Part shown: in pieces, positions 46,301 through 58,800 of the stretch
How positions within the stretch are numbered: the first letter of the stretch is position 1
How the letters are laid out: each line of letters begins with the position of its first letter
Origin: Nemertoderma westbladi
Lineage: Eukaryota > Animalia > Xenacoelomorpha
Length of the DNA: 64,000 nucleotides
Assembly (NCBI GenBank): GCA_032718475.1
Contig: JAUCBJ010005827.1
Location: forward strand, 1-64,000
Reading direction: 5' to 3'
Notes under the pieces: generated by a model
What the model was told of the DNA's origin: nothing
Databases searched by the model: none
Seen by the model: the letters and a program-made list of their open reading frames with translations, nothing else
Position numbers and translations under genes: made by a program

Positions 46301-49300
46301 AGGCTCCTGTCGCTCCCACCGGCCTACCTCCACTTGCAACCTGTGGCTTGAGCACCTCAGGTGGGCTAGCGCCAGCTTTAAGGAGGGGAAACTTTTCAGA
46401 GAGTTCAAATACAGTTCTGTACCAAACCGATCTTTAATGTAGAGTCTCCCCTTAGGTGACCCGTTTATGTTTGCCCACCAGGCCTGTACGAACTGGTCAG
46501 ATAAAATCCGTTTGACTAATCCTAAAAAACTATTTCGATCCTCAACCTCTTGTACCTCCCAAGCCCAACTCAATCCTAACCCATTTAACGTGTCTCTGAC
46601 CCTAGAGGCCCAATTCACAGTGGATCTACTTGCAGTTGCGTCTTTGTATAGTTCAAGATAAATTCGTTTACTTAAGCGATGGTTGGACAATGATAGAAGG
46701 CGAACCCAAAACTTCAGTATTATAAATTTCCTGTAAACAGCCAATGGAATTACACCTGACTCGCCGTATACCATAAAATTCGGTGTACTCGATTTCACAC
46801 CAATTATGCGTTTAAGAAAAGATAGTTGGACTCGTTCAATCTCTCTCCCTGCGTGAAAACCCCAAACTTCTGCACCGTAGTTCAAAATTGGTATTATAAG
46901 AGTTGAGAATAGTTTTATACGAAGGTCAAATGAAATGTTCAAAAAATGGCTTAAGTACTTGTATAGAGAAAACAGAGCTTTATTGGCTTTCGATGCAAGG
47001 GACTTCTGTGCGACAAAGAAGCTTCCTGAGGAAGAGAACTCAACCCCTAAATAGGTATATGACGAGACAACCTTCACAGGGCATCCCTTATATGTCCATC
47101 TGTCTAGTACTGCAGAGGTCCCACCGCGTCGGAAGATAATTATATTTGTTTTATCCAAGTTAACCTTAAGAGCCCAGTAGTCTGTATAGTGACCCAGAAT
47201 ATCAAGTGCACATTGAAGACCTTCTCTGCTATTTGCTACTAGAACAGCATCGTCCGCGTACAGGAGAAGATATAAACGGAAATAGGAAAAATCCAGACCA
47301 GGGAAACCTCCTCTTGCTAGTTCTAGTTCCAAATCATTTAAGAATAAAGCAAATAAAATAGGAGACAAACATTCTCCCTGCATAACGCCTAGCAGACAGT
47401 CAAAACTATCCGAAATCTCCCCATCCCACCGTACACTAGCCTTTACTGACTTGTACATGTCCCTAATAATATCGAATATTTTGCCCTTAAATCCAAGTGA
47501 GCTGAGTTTGATCCACAGTGCGTTGCGATCTACTGAATCGAAAGCCTTCTTGAAATCCACAAAGGCTGTGTATAATTTATTGTGACCGTGTTTTCCAGAT
47601 GTGAAATATTCAACTAGACCATGAAGAACAAAAATGTGATCAGAGGTGGAATATCCTGGACGGAAACCCGCCTGCGACTCAATAATAATACCAAGACCTT
47701 CTGACCACCATAACAAGCGTGTGTTCAATATGGTTGTAAACAGTTTACCAAGAGTACTAAGCAACGATATACCGCGGTAATTGTTTGTATCTAAGCTGCT
47801 GCCTTTCTTTTTATAAATTGGGGTGACCAATGCAGTCGTCCAAGCACGCGGGAAGTGTCCAGAATACAATACAGCATTAAAAAGAGTATGGATTGTAGGG
47901 AATAGAGCTTCCTTGGCCTCAATGAAAAACTCGGATAAGAGAAGATCTACACCGGGAGCTTTGTTGCGTTTCAATTTACTAACTGCGGAAATGAGTTCGT
48001 CTAGGGAAATTGGTTGTGACGCTTCGCCTTCAAGGATGGATCTACTGAACTGAAGATCAATTTCAGGATCGGGTTCGATGCCCATATCCTGAAAAGTGGA
48101 TGACGTGTCGATTAAACTACGAAAATGGGTCTCAAAATCCTTGAGTGTAAGTTTATTAGTACTGCCTGCAGAACTAGAATTTCCAGACGCCTTAGCTAAC
48201 AGTTTCCAGAATTTTTTAGATTCTGAACATCTCAAGGATTCCAACTTATTAGACTGATCCAGCCGGAATTGTGCCTTAGATTGACGCAATGTTCTATGAT
48301 AGATACTACGAGATTTTGATAGGATTGTAAACGATTCAGGCGATTTACTGGTACGCCAATGATTAAGGGCTCTACGAAAATCGTGCAGTCGTTCACGACA
48401 CTCGTCATTATACCAAGGTGCATCGATAGTATGCATACTGCTATTGTTGTTACCTCTAACCTTAAAATACTTAGTTGCGGTATCTGTGATGCAGTCACAC
48501 AACAGTTGGGTCGCACTTTCAATTAAGTCGGCTGAATAGATACCACCTGTCAGAGAATCCTGAATGTCCCCCAAACGCGATTGCATGTCCACTGATTCAA
48601 GGTCACTTACAAAGGCTTGTTTACGGGAGTCCTTGTTTCAATGTTTCAATGTTTATTTTTACCCTTCAAATAATAATTCAAAATAACAATAACTCAGTAT
48701 AAAATAGAAATTAACATGAATACATACTATATATGGTAAGTTCTATATAAATGGGTACTGGAGAACAGCCAAATAGCAGGGCTAGTAAACGGCTGCCCAC
48801 CAGTAGGATGGGATTATATAAAATGTAAATATATGTAACATTTGATAGAATGGATGTAGTAAGTAGTGGTTTGAAGTAATATTATACTGTAGGGTGTTGC
48901 AGATGCAGAATAGAGAGGTGAAGAAGAAGATGGCATATAGATAGATAGATAATGTAGGTAAGGTAGAGTAGAAAGTAGATAGATAATGTAGGTAAGGTAG
49001 AGTAGAAAGTAGATAGATAACAATAGGAAGGATAGGGACTATGTATTAGGAGTGCTAATTTAGCGATAGATTTATGGTAATTAGTAGGGGCAGACTGCGA
49101 TTTTTTAACATTTTTTGTTTATACTGTAGGTCTATATATATAATTGTATTTAGTAATACATAAATTTAATTTGGCGAATGACAACGAGTTATTTTAATAG
49201 ATGGAGATTTAAACAGCAAATATTTTAGTAGACGAATTTGTAATATAATTAAATTAAAGGGTTAAAGTTTAAAACATGGCCCCGTGCCTGGGTATTGTTC

Positions 49301-52300
49301 ATGTAACCTCAAAGAGAGGAAAACGTGGCCCCGCGCCCGGGTATTATACATGTAACCTCAAAGAGAGAAAAAAGAAAACGTGGCCCCGCGCCCGGGTAAT
49401 ATTCTTGTAACCTCAAAGAGAGGAAAACGTGGCCCCGCGCCCGGGTAATGTTCATGTAACCTCAAAGAGAGGAAAACGTGGCCCCGCGCCCGGGTAATAT
49501 ACATGTAACCTCAAAGAGAGGAAAACATGGCCCCGTGCCCGGGTATTGTTCATGTAACCTCAAAGAGAGGAAAACGTGGCCCCGCGCCCGGGTAATATTC
49601 TTGTAACCTCAAAGAGAGGAAAACGAAAACGTGGCCCCGCGCCCGGGTATTATACATGTAACTGCAAAGAGAGGAAAACGTGGCCCCGCGCCCGGGTATT
49701 GTTCATGTAACCTCAAAGAGAGGAAAACGTGGCCCCGCGCCCGGGTATTATACATGTAACTGCAAAGAGAGGAAAACGTGGCCCCGCGCCCGGGTATTAT
49801 ACATGTAACCTCAAAGAGAAGAAACATGGCCCCGTGCCCGGGTATTGTTCATGTAACCTCAAAGAGAGGAAAACGTAGCCCCGCGCCCGGGTATTGTTCA
49901 AGTAACCTCAAAGAGAGGAAAACGTGGCCCCGCACCCGGGTAATGTTCGTTTAACCTCAAAGAGAGGAAAACATGGCCCCGCGCCCGGGTATTATACATG
50001 TAACCTCAAAGAGAGGAAAACATGGCCCCGTGCCCGGGTATTGTTCATGTAACCTCAAAAAGAGGAAAACGTAGCCCCGCGCCCGGGTATTGTTCATGTA
50101 ACCTCAAAGAGAGGAAAACGTGGCCCCGCGCCCGGGTAGAGGCTGTCTGGCTGATGAGGGTTTGCAGTCGTTTGAGCACATTGATTGGCTACACTATTTC
50201 CTACAGCAATGTTAGACACTCCTACAACGGTAACGATACCACTGCTCTGGGACCGTTGGCTTATTCTGTTACCCGAGTTAGATCGCGTAACGCGGCGCGA
50301 TGTCGATTCTTGACGCTTTGTGTTGCGCCCCCTTGGGCAGTGGCCAAAACTAACGCCTTTTGGGTTTTTGGGTTTCCTAGAACTGGGTTTACAGTTATTG
50401 GAAAATTGAAAGTTTATATCATTAGAACAGCCGACGGAATCAGGGCAGTGAAACTCATTGATATTATCATAAGAATAACTTCTAATACTGTTAGAAGTAG
50501 AAACTGATATACTATGCGCTGGAGCTGTAGCTACACTAGTGCGATAATTGATTGCACAACTAGACACACCTACAACTGAGCTGGGTATAGGAGGCATATT
50601 GTTTCTCATACGCAGATTACTTATACACGTATCCAGACTGTCACTGCGTGCGCATTTTTTGCGCACTACTTCACTGGTTTTATTTGAAAAATAATTTTCT
50701 GTCACACTTCCGACAAAACTATTCACACCAGTCGAAATATTTGAGCTGTTTGTTTCTTCATTTACCGTTACATAATGAGGAGTACTGTCGTCATTCATCG
50801 TAACAGTGTGGGATATATCGCCATTAGCACCAGCTATATACAGACTACTCCTATTTGGTTCATCATTCACCGTAACAGAATGGGGTATATCGTTATTAGC
50901 ACCAGATATAAACTGACTACTACTGTTTGGTACATCATTCACCGTAACAGAATGGGGTATATCGTTATTAGCACCAGATATAAACTGGCTACTACTGTTT
51001 GGTACATCATTCACCGTAACAGGATGGGGTATATCGTTATTAGCACCAGATATAAACTGACTACTACTGTTTGGAACATCATTCACCGTAACAGAATGGG
51101 GTATATCGTCATTAGCACCAGCTAAATACAAACTTCTACTGATTCGTACATCGTTACTACTAATAGTAGACATATAGGTATTGGGTACAGAGCAGATCGT
51201 ATGATTTTGACTCTGAGTAATCGCTTCCACACCACCATCATCGAGGTCCATAAGCACTCCAAATTTGTTATTCAATAACATACTGTCTCGGACTGCGGGG
51301 TAGGATTTTCTTGAATTTTTATTTTGGTTCACAACGACCTGCCATCCATTCTCACCATCACCTCCGATAGATGGCGCATTAGTCTGACTCATAGTAGGGT
51401 ACCGGTATCTGGTATTGACACTGGGCGGTGGACCTGGTCGAATATTGCTTGGAAGTTCTGGTCGACCAGGGTGAAAGACTGTAGGGCAATACGCAGCGCT
51501 TGGTCGCGGTCGTGTATACTGGGTAGAAATGTAACCACCGTTACCGTAAGCATTACCGGCCGAGACTGGCTGGTCGTCTAAAGCGGATGCGGAATGTGGG
51601 TTTCCAGATCCGGTATAGGGGTTATTCCTCACAGATGAGGGTGGTGGTACTGGTCGAACTGGATGAGCGTGGTGGAACTGGTTCAGTTGGTAGGGTGGGC
51701 GGTGTTCGGGGGTAGAGGGATTCAATACAGCTGGATAATGGTACTGGCCCCGTCCGAGAATGGCCGATAAACTTATATTCGGGGATGAATAAACTTCCCA
51801 CCCGCTGATGGAGCTGCCATTCAAGAGAAGCTTGTTTCCACGGACCGCGCTACTCATACCGAGTGTGGTTGCCTCACGTGCCAGTCGGGATAGTGTGTCG
51901 CGCTGTTGGCGTAACTCCACTGGCAGATCTTCTGAGAAGCGAATCGACGAATCCTTACCAAGGCGATTTCGAGCAGCTTCTAGCACCAAATTCCACGTTT
52001 TAAGACTTAGAAACTCCACCTTAATTGGACGACTGCGTGCGTTTCGTTTCAGGAGTCCCAATCTAAATATTCGCTCAATATTAAGTGGTTGGTGAACTCC
52101 CAGTCGTCCGCTGATAAACTCACCCATCACATCCTCGAGTACCGGTACTTCATTGCTTGTGCCTTCCGGGAAACCAGCTACTATTAGACAACGGCTCGAT
52201 ATAAGTTTTTCAGTTTCAACCTGGCGTCGATGCAAGGAGTCTAACCTCCAGGAGTTGCTATGAATCGTAGCCGTGGCGTCGTTAAACAATAACTGTAATG

Positions 52301-53659
52301 TATCAACTCCCTCCTTTATCCCTGGTATCAACTGTAACAACTCGAGATAATTACCGGTAGTTGGAAGTAGAACTTGGCTGTTTTGATCCGGGCGTGAGGT
52401 TTGCGCATTGCCGAATACGAAGTTTGACCGGTCTCCAGGTGGGATGGTGTTAATGGATGGTGTTGCGGAGTCACTACTTCTTATTCGAGGACGCTTAGCG
52501 CCTCGACCTTTATTCGTGGACTGACCGTTCGGTGGACCGCCTGGCGTGTTTAGAGGCACAGTTGGGGTAGGGGTAGTCTGAATATCGGGCTCATGTTCCC
52601 CAAGCATTTTCCCAACTGCCCAAACCGATAGGCCTAAAGTAAAAAGTTGGTATCTGATTGCTGCAGTCCTGAGTACAGCAGTACTGCACAGCAGTATTTC
52701 ATTATGATGGGATAGATTAATGAGGAGAGTGGTTTAAAGTTAAAAAACACAAAGTTGTCTTTCCCTTCTAAATTGCATATGAGTACCATTCCTTCGCATT
52801 CATGATGTTTACTCCTGATAACTTAATAAGTTTTGTGGAAAAATGGCAATGTTGACTTATGTTAGCTTATAGCTAATTTTGTAATTTACACATAATTCGG
52901 GTAACCAAATTTTATTTCATGGTGTAATATGATAATTTTAGTAGACCCCAGTTTTTATTTTATAAACCAATATTAAGCTAATTTGTTTTGATTTTAGAAT
53001 CGTTTATTCGTGCAAGGCAAGAACTTGGTGGTATTAATGTTGTTTACAACAATGCTGGGATTTGTGGTGAATACAATAACAACAAGAAGCTTATAAACAT
53101 CAATGTCCTCGGTGTCATTAATGGAACCTATATTGGGTTGTCATTAATGAGTCGCACTAAAGGAGGTCAAGGTGGAGTTATCATTAACACAGCTTCATCA
53201 GCTGCACTAATGGTTGGTAATTCACAGCCGTCGTATAATGCTTCAAAATCAGCTATATTTGCTTTCACGAAATCTGTTGTTACTTTTGAAGATTTCTCTG
53301 ATCATGGTGTTCGCATCAATGCTGTTTGTCCTGGTGGAGTTGATACGCCTTTAGTGGATCAAATTATTGCAGATCCAAAAATTATAATTCCATCAGCTGC
53401 TGTCGTCGATGTAGCTAAACAGGTAACACTTGTTAAAACTCAGTTGAAGTATTTTCAGGATTCTTTGGGATTTCTTACACCTAAGGAAGTAGCAGAGACT
53501 TTTTATCAATTGACATTGGATATAAATATTTCAGCAGGAAAATCGGTGTTGGTTTGGCCAGGAAAACGTTGTTTAGTTGTTGATATGATACCTATGGTAA
53601 CAGGAAAACTGGGAGATGAGGAAGAATTTCAAGAACCAGAATTACTGAAATTAGAATAA
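43382..53659 (+). CDS. Short-chain dehydrogenase/reductase, 15-hydroxyprostaglandin dehydrogenase-like; exons 43382-43598 and 52998-53659 (292 aa)
   Basis: TGGASGIG, GDVTD, NNAGI, NTASSA, YNASK, RINAVCPGGVDT; phase-1 GT-AG intron of 9.4 kb. Confidence 0.9.
43845..45369. mobile_element. Possible Kolobok-like non-autonomous DNA element
   Basis: TTAA-GAGGGGATGGCAC ... GTGCTAACCCCCCC-TTGA: imperfect short TIR and degenerate TTAA TSD. Confidence 0.4.
44105..44850 (+). mobile_element. RTE-clade LINE, 5'-truncated 3' end
   Basis: ESVFLYGGETWTLT..IDGCYTRLLRAALNISW..RLRFSGHCWR..WQPTHG.RSRGRP; (TAG)n tail at 44834-44850. Confidence 0.88.
46061..48592 (-). CDS. LINE ORF2, reverse transcriptase and C-terminal CCHC region (endonuclease missing)
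   Basis: KAPGVD, NYRGISLLS, QAGFRPG, FVDFKKAFDSV, GVMQGECLSP, LLYADD, YTYLGV, CRICN..EDELHFLLICPAY. Confidence 0.92.
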   Translation of the reverse strand: MDMQSRLGDIQDSLTGGIYSADLIESATQLLCDCITDTATKYFKVRGNNNSSMHTIDAPWYNDECRERLHDFRRALNHWRTSKSPESFTILSKSRSIYHRTLRQSKAQFRLDQSNKLESLRCSESKKFWKLLAKASGNSSSAGSTNKLTLKDFETHFRSLIDTSSTFQDMGIEPDPEIDLQFSRSILEGEASQPISLDELISAVSKLKRNKAPGVDLLLSEFFIEAKEALFPTIHTLFNAVLYSGHFPRAWTTALVTPIYKKKGSSLDTNNYRGISLLSTLGKLFTTILNTRLLWWSEGLGIIIESQAGFRPGYSTSDHIFVLHGLVEYFTSGKHGHNKLYTAFVDFKKAFDSVDRNALWIKLSSLGFKGKIFDIIRDMYKSVKASVRWDGEISDSFDCLLGVMQGECLSPILFALFLNDLELELARGGFPGLDFSYFRLYLLLYADDAVLVANSREGLQCALDILGHYTDYWALKVNLDKTNIIIFRRGGTSAVLDRWTYKGCPVKVVSSYTYLGVEFSSSGSFFVAQKSLASKANKALFSLYKYLSHFLNISFDLRIKLFSTLIIPILNYGAEVWGFHAGREIERVQLSFLKRIIGVKSSTPNFMVYGESGVIPLAVYRKFIILKFWVRLLSLSNHRLSKRIYLELYKDATASRSTVNWASRVRDTLNGLGLSWAWEVQEVEDRNSFLGLVKRILSDQFVQAWWANINGSPKGRLYIKDRFGTELYLNSLKSFPSLKLALAHLRCSSHRLQVEVGRWERQEPSERLCRICNSGEIEDELHFLLICPAYRELRIEFIKMYYQLFPSVFKYRKLLSSQSRSEVKNLSIFISKATKLRNTLLLL
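48634..49255 (-). mobile_element. 3' end of a second LINE (Crack/L2-like) nested in the first
   Basis: Minus-strand AATAAA followed by an (ACATTGAA)n tail at 48634-48657; AT-rich 3' UTR-like sequence. Confidence 0.5.
49271..50137. repeat. 49-bp minisatellite, about 18 copies
   Basis: AAAACGTGGCCCCGCGCCCGGGTATTGTTCATGTAACCTCAAAGAGAGG units. Confidence 0.95.
50094..52607 (-). CDS. LINE ORF1 (L1-type RRM/CTD core with long low-complexity tail and 24-aa repeats)
   Basis: CLIVAGFPE, IERIFRLG, RPIKVEF, IRFSEDLP, GNKLLLNG; 4-5 copies of GANNDIPHSVTVNDVPNSSSQFIS; the last codons run into the 49-bp array. Confidence 0.8.
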   Translation of the reverse strand: MLGEHEPDIQTTPTPTVPLNTPGGPPNGQSTNKGRGAKRPRIRSSDSATPSINTIPPGDRSNFVFGNAQTSRPDQNSQVLLPTTGNYLELLQLIPGIKEGVDTLQLLFNDATATIHSNSWRLDSLHRRQVETEKLISSRCLIVAGFPEGTSNEVPVLEDVMGEFISGRLGVHQPLNIERIFRLGLLKRNARSRPIKVEFLSLKTWNLVLEAARNRLGKDSSIRFSEDLPVELRQQRDTLSRLAREATTLGMSSAVRGNKLLLNGSSISGWEVYSSPNISLSAILGRGQYHYPAVLNPSTPEHRPPYQLNQFHHAHPVRPVPPPSSVRNNPYTGSGNPHSASALDDQPVSAGNAYGNGGYISTQYTRPRPSAAYCPTVFHPGRPELPSNIRPGPPPSVNTRYRYPTMSQTNAPSIGGDGENGWQVVVNQNKNSRKSYPAVRDSMLLNNKFGVLMDLDDGGVEAITQSQNHTICSVPNTYMSTISSNDVRISRSLYLAGANDDIPHSVTVNDVPNSSSQFISGANNDIPHPVTVNDVPNSSSQFISGANNDIPHSVTVNDVPNSSSQFISGANNDIPHSVTVNDEPNRSSLYIAGANGDISHTVTMNDDSTPHYVTVNEETNSSNISTGVNSFVGSVTENYFSNKTSEVVRKKCARSDSLDTCISNLRMRNNMPPIPSSVVGVSSCAINYRTSVATAPAHSISVSTSNSIRSYSYDNINEFHCPDSVGCSNDINFQFSNNCKPSSRKPKNPKGVSFGHCPRGRNTKRQESTSRRVTRSNSGNRISQRSQSSGIVTVVGVSNIAVGNSVANQCAQTTANPHQPDSLYPGAGPRFPLFEVT

Positions 53660-55627
53660 TATTGTAGATAACCTGGTACTGTATAATAATATGGACTCAA
53701 TACAGTAATATGGTATCATCGTATTAAATAATTAATAATAGATAGATTGGAAATTTTAAATATTTAATGCAACTAGCATTTGCTTTCTGTTTATTTTGAC
53801 AAACAGAACAGAGACCTAGAGCTTAATATAGATTATTAATAGATAATAAGTAAAGTTACACATTTTTGATTGGATATTATGGTTTATTAATTTAATTCTA
53901 AACTATGAAAAATTTAAAAAATGAAATGTAAAGAGTAACAAGCAATGCCCATGCCCAGATCGCAGAATATTCAGAATATTTATGTACGACCTAAACAATG
54001 GTACAATAAATCCCAAATCTGAACTCCGCCTTATTTTTAATAAATCATCTTCCATCCACACACAACTACGCAACTACACCATGTCCTGGAATATAGTGTC
54101 GTTATTCAGGTACCTGCCCCCCCCCCTTAATTTTTTTTACAAATCTTAATGAGATTGCATTAAATTTTTAACAGAGATAGTTTCACCTCCCTCCTCCTTA
54201 GTGGGTGAGCCAGAATTTTTATTTTCGCTTTCATTCTTTAGCTACAAGCGTTTGAAAAAAGTGTCTCCGTCGATATTGCACCAGTCCCACCGCAGTTATT
54301 CTTTAAACTTTTAGTGATTTGTTGGTATTAGTGGAAAGCTGACGTGCAAGGATTCCAAATATGAAAAATATTTGAATTTGGTTGGGAAATAGCTGAGATA
54401 TTGGCATTCGAAAGCTGCATGATTTGCTTCCCCTGCAGGGCTATTTATTCTATTTAATAAATACACAATGTTCTAGAACATTTTTAGAACGTTCTCATTT
54501 TGAAGATGGTCCAACACATTGCGTACTGCGGTACAGGGCACAAAGGGGCGTAGAAGTAATGGCATTGGGTCAGAGGAGCCAGACGTACCAACCGAGGTCA
54601 TTGATGCGGCGGTAGAACCTGTGTCAGCTGATGGTTGCATATTAGTCGGACATAAAGTGTAATCTATGAGTTTTCTAGGCCCTTCAATTTGGAATAATTC
54701 CCATCACAATCTACGAACAAAAACCTCAAAGTCGTCCTCAAAAGCTTATAAAAAATATCTACTAGGTGAAAACACAATGCAAATAACTATACGATATTCT
54801 ATATACGACTCTACTCACCCTACTAATGAATTACAATGTTGTAACTCACTGTTGTAAACGTTAAACAGTGATAAAATGATGTTATTCTCAAGTTTACACC
54901 ACTTAATTTAATTATACCCTGCTTCTTAAAAATTGTGTAAACTGCAAGCAACGTGGAGCAGGGGGGGGGGGGGGGGGGGGGGGAAGATCACCTTATACCC
55001 TCCACCCTGTCCAAATTCCCACTTGCCCCACCCCCTCCCCTCTACAAACTACTATTTCATTCAGGTTCAACCAACTCTTTATCACCGGGTTGTAGCCCTT
55101 ACTAGCTCTAAGCGCTGTAAGCTGTTCTCCAGACCTTTCATCATCGTATTCGCTCATTTACGAATCACCCCAACATTCATCCCTATAATTTGCTTCAATT
55201 AAACAGTAACTGGTGTTGGTGTTCCTTTGCAACAGTGATGGTTAAACTATATATTAAAATTGATGATGATGGTAAAAATATATTCAATTTCAAGTTTACC
55301 TCATTTACTTACTGATAAAATCATTGAGAAGGACAATAAACTGTTGGTGTAGTTGGTACATAAGAAATTGATCATTGTATTTGTTTAGTAGATAAGGGGC
55401 GCCGCCCATCACCTACTATAACAGTAGGTGGTATGGTAGCGGTAGGTCATGCATGGTCCGCCACATAGATGAACTTTTAATTTATTAAAACTTGACATTA
55501 ATACAGTATAATGTATCTCATAAAACACAAACTGTAAGCCTACAATACTGCTAGTATTTAAATTTAAATATTTGAAGTAAATTTAAATATAATAACAGTA
55601 ATAATATTAATGATATATTAAAATAAA

Positions 55628-55843
55628 ATGGATCCAAGAGTATCAAAGCCATAGTAACAGGAGGAGGTAGTGGCATTGGTAAAGCTATTTGTCGTGTTGT
55701 AGTAGAAGGAGGAGGTAAAGTTTGTATTATAGATGTTTCTGAAGATAATGGTAAAGAAGTGGCCAATGAATTAAACAAAGGAAAACCTGAAAGAGTTGCG
55801 TTCTTCATTAAAGGTGACGTCTGTGACTATGATGGACTGGAAG
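55628..55843 (+). pseudogene. Tandem SDR paralog exon 1 with a 1-bp deletion in codon 3
   Basis: Near-identical to 43382-43598, but ATGGATCCAAGAGT versus ATGGATCCTAAGAGT gives TAG at codon 9; same donor GAAG|gtaa; exon 2 is not in the window. Confidence 0.8.
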
Positions 55844-58800
55844 GTAATTCACATGTTAATTTAATACTATTTAATAATAAATTTAATAATTTTTTACCGA
55901 TGTGAAGTGCATTAGATTTTGCGGGGGGGGGGGGGGGGGGGGGGGGGTATAATATATTTGTAGATTAACTATTTTGTATTGTATAGTATGCAGCAATGGC
56001 GCATAAAATAATGTGTAAAATAATAGGCCTTGAACATTTTGCAAATAGTAAGTATTGGTAACTTGGAAAATGCGTAATTTGTGTAATGGTTTGATTAAAC
56101 CCTTTGTTTCATTCGAAAATACAAACATATCAAAAGGAAGAATCCCCTTTGAGATTGCTTTAAAAGTAAACGGCTTTTATTTTTTTTGTTCACTAATCAT
56201 AGAAAATAGAGTAATTCGTTAGGCTTTTAGGGTAAATTGTAAAATTTCAAAATTATTAGCTAGGTTTGTGAGAATTCAGTTTCAGCCAAAATTTATATAT
56301 AATAAAATTTAGAGCTTTAGTACCGCGTATGTTGGATAACCGCTTAATTATTTTATCCCATCTGGAGAAACATGGCGAGATGGAACTTCTGATGTTGGGG
56401 TTTATGTGGGTCTACGGGTTCGGTTTGCAATCTGCAACGAGACTGAAGCTTAGGACGCGGCTGTGGAATCTCACAGCGAACGAGGTTAGTTGTTCTGTTG
56501 GTACTAATGTATTTGTGGAAGCAGTAAAAAATTACTGGTTGTTTGACTGCGAAACTGAACTTAATTTATTAGTTAGGTTAGTTAGGTTTAGCCAGCCATG
56601 GTGTTTTGGATCGCCAGTTGGAGGAAGGAGAGAGTGTCACAACCTGAAGGTGTAGCCAGGCGCCTGTGGATATATATATAAAATTTAAAATTAAAATTGG
56701 GCTGATTTGAGCTATATATATATTATTAGAAATATTGTTGGGTGACAGATTTATTTTTTTGAATATTTTGAATTTGAATTCAAAAATAATTTGGTGTCAT
56801 ACTGGTATTTAAATGCTGTATAATAGCTATAGATCTATATTTGTTTAAAAATTATACCGGCATCTACTGTAACTATATAATTAAATTCATAATATTTTTT
56901 ATTGTGAATTAATCACATTCGTATTTGATATTTGAGACCAAATAAAATATTTTGACAAATAATTTAATCAAAATTCGATTAAATTAGTATATATATCGCG
57001 AAATTTTGCGAGATTTTAGCCAGAAGGCAAATAAATATATATACTTACTAGAATGAGTGTCTCAGAAAAGGAGGCACAAGATGACAGCTATGAGACGGTG
57101 GCTGGACCGCCGACTGACAATAGTGTCAACATAACTGTTAACGACCATGACGATCATGATGACGCAGTGAGTGACGCTGATGTTAGTAAACAGGAGGACG
57201 AGACAGTGACTAGTGAAGAAGACCAAGGTGAGGTTATATTAATAGGATCTCCCAGTACCACTGTAAAGAAGGATTGCACTGTAGCACAAGCCAAGGTGAG
57301 TAGTAGGGAGAATAGTTTAGTGGGAGTGAGAGCCCAGAGCCCGGTCTCCAGACCTGAAGGTCTGGTGAGTGCCGTGGTTCCAAAGGCAGTGAGAATTACC
57401 TGAAGTTCCCGTAATAATCCCTCAAGTCCACCGAGTATAAGTCAGGTAAGCGAGAGAGAGCAAGACATTGCGTTAAAGAAGAAAATATCATGCATGCACG
57501 CCAGACATATAACCCGGGCAACGGATAAGGTAAGGAAGATCTTAGACAACTCTGGCAGAATTGAAAGGGAAGATTTGGTAGAACTAAGAAAGGGATACAA
57601 CTCAGCACTGTTTAAGGAGACAGAGGAGTTAGCAGTTCTAGCAAAGAAGGCAGTGGTGACCCAGTTGGGTGACATAACAACGCGGATATATGATAAGGTC
57701 CTAACAGCCTTATTGGAACACCGAACATTGTCGGAGCAATTCCGATGGGTTGGGACAGAAAATTGGTTACTATGGGGTTCGCAGGCACAGGCGTATCAGG
57801 TGAGTGATGCTGAATTTAGAAAGTTAGCAGAACTAGAAGAGATCCAAGATAAGAAGGAGCACAGATACCAAAGGGAAGTCACAAATTGGTTGATGCAGAG
57901 TGGAGTGGTTGTGCCAGGTGAGGTGCTGCCGATGACGGAGAATATCCAGCGGAGGTCACTCACTCCGCTCGAGAATGCATCCAAAAACAGCGGAGACTCG
58001 CAGGTAAGTCTTGTGCGAGGAAACGTCTTGTGTGCTAGATCCATCGTTTCTCATAACTCCGTGGAGGAAAGAAGGCGCTAATTAAATGAACAACAGGTGG
58101 AGATATTATGTGCAGCGGAGGCGAGGAAGGAAGCTGAATGGGAAGTGGAGTGCAGTCGCAGAGTTGAAGCGAAACTGCGGGAGTTAGAAGACGTACGCAA
58201 GCACAAGGAACTTGAACGCGAATGCAAAGAATGCGAACTCGAATGCAAGCAACGCGAATGCGAGGAACGCGAACATGAGGAACACAAACTTCAGTTTGAA
58301 CGCGAATGCGAGGAACGCAAACTTCAGCTCAAAAACGAGCGCAAAGAACGCAAGCTTGAATACGAACGCGACAGACGACTGCTACTTGATGAACAAGCGA
58401 AATTGAAGGCAGAAACCACTGCGAGGATGGCAAGAGAAGCAGAATAACGTAAGTTGGACCAATTCGAAAGTGCGAGCTTAGATTTAGAAAGTGAGGAGCA
58501 TACAAGGAGGGCAAATAAAATTGCTGAGCAGGGTATGCGAATGCTAGAGGAATGTGGGATGAGTATGGGTACCGAGTTGCGACGTTTATTCACTCAACAG
58601 AAGGCCGAGCGTGAGGCGAGACCTCCGGTTAAACATGAGTCACCGCCGACAAGAACTATCACAAGTACTCAGATCGCGAAACCATTTTCTGCATATCGCA
58701 CACCAGTTGGTATTAGTGCCTCGCTGATCGCACAAGATCCGCGCCATCAAGAGGGCGCTCTACGAGTGAATTATTACCGCAACTCGGACGAGTTCATAGA

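Larger units (their letters stand above)
45455..52650 (-). mobile_element. CR1/L2-group two-ORF LINE; endonuclease region replaced by other sequence
   Basis: ORF1 (52607 down) and RT ORF (48592-46061) on the same strand; (CAAT)n-like tail near 45455; outer limits approximate. Confidence 0.8.

Noticed and set aside
53960-54860. LINE 3' remnants and a possible MITE
   Set aside because: Only short degraded motifs (SFLGPSIWN); boundaries cannot be defined.
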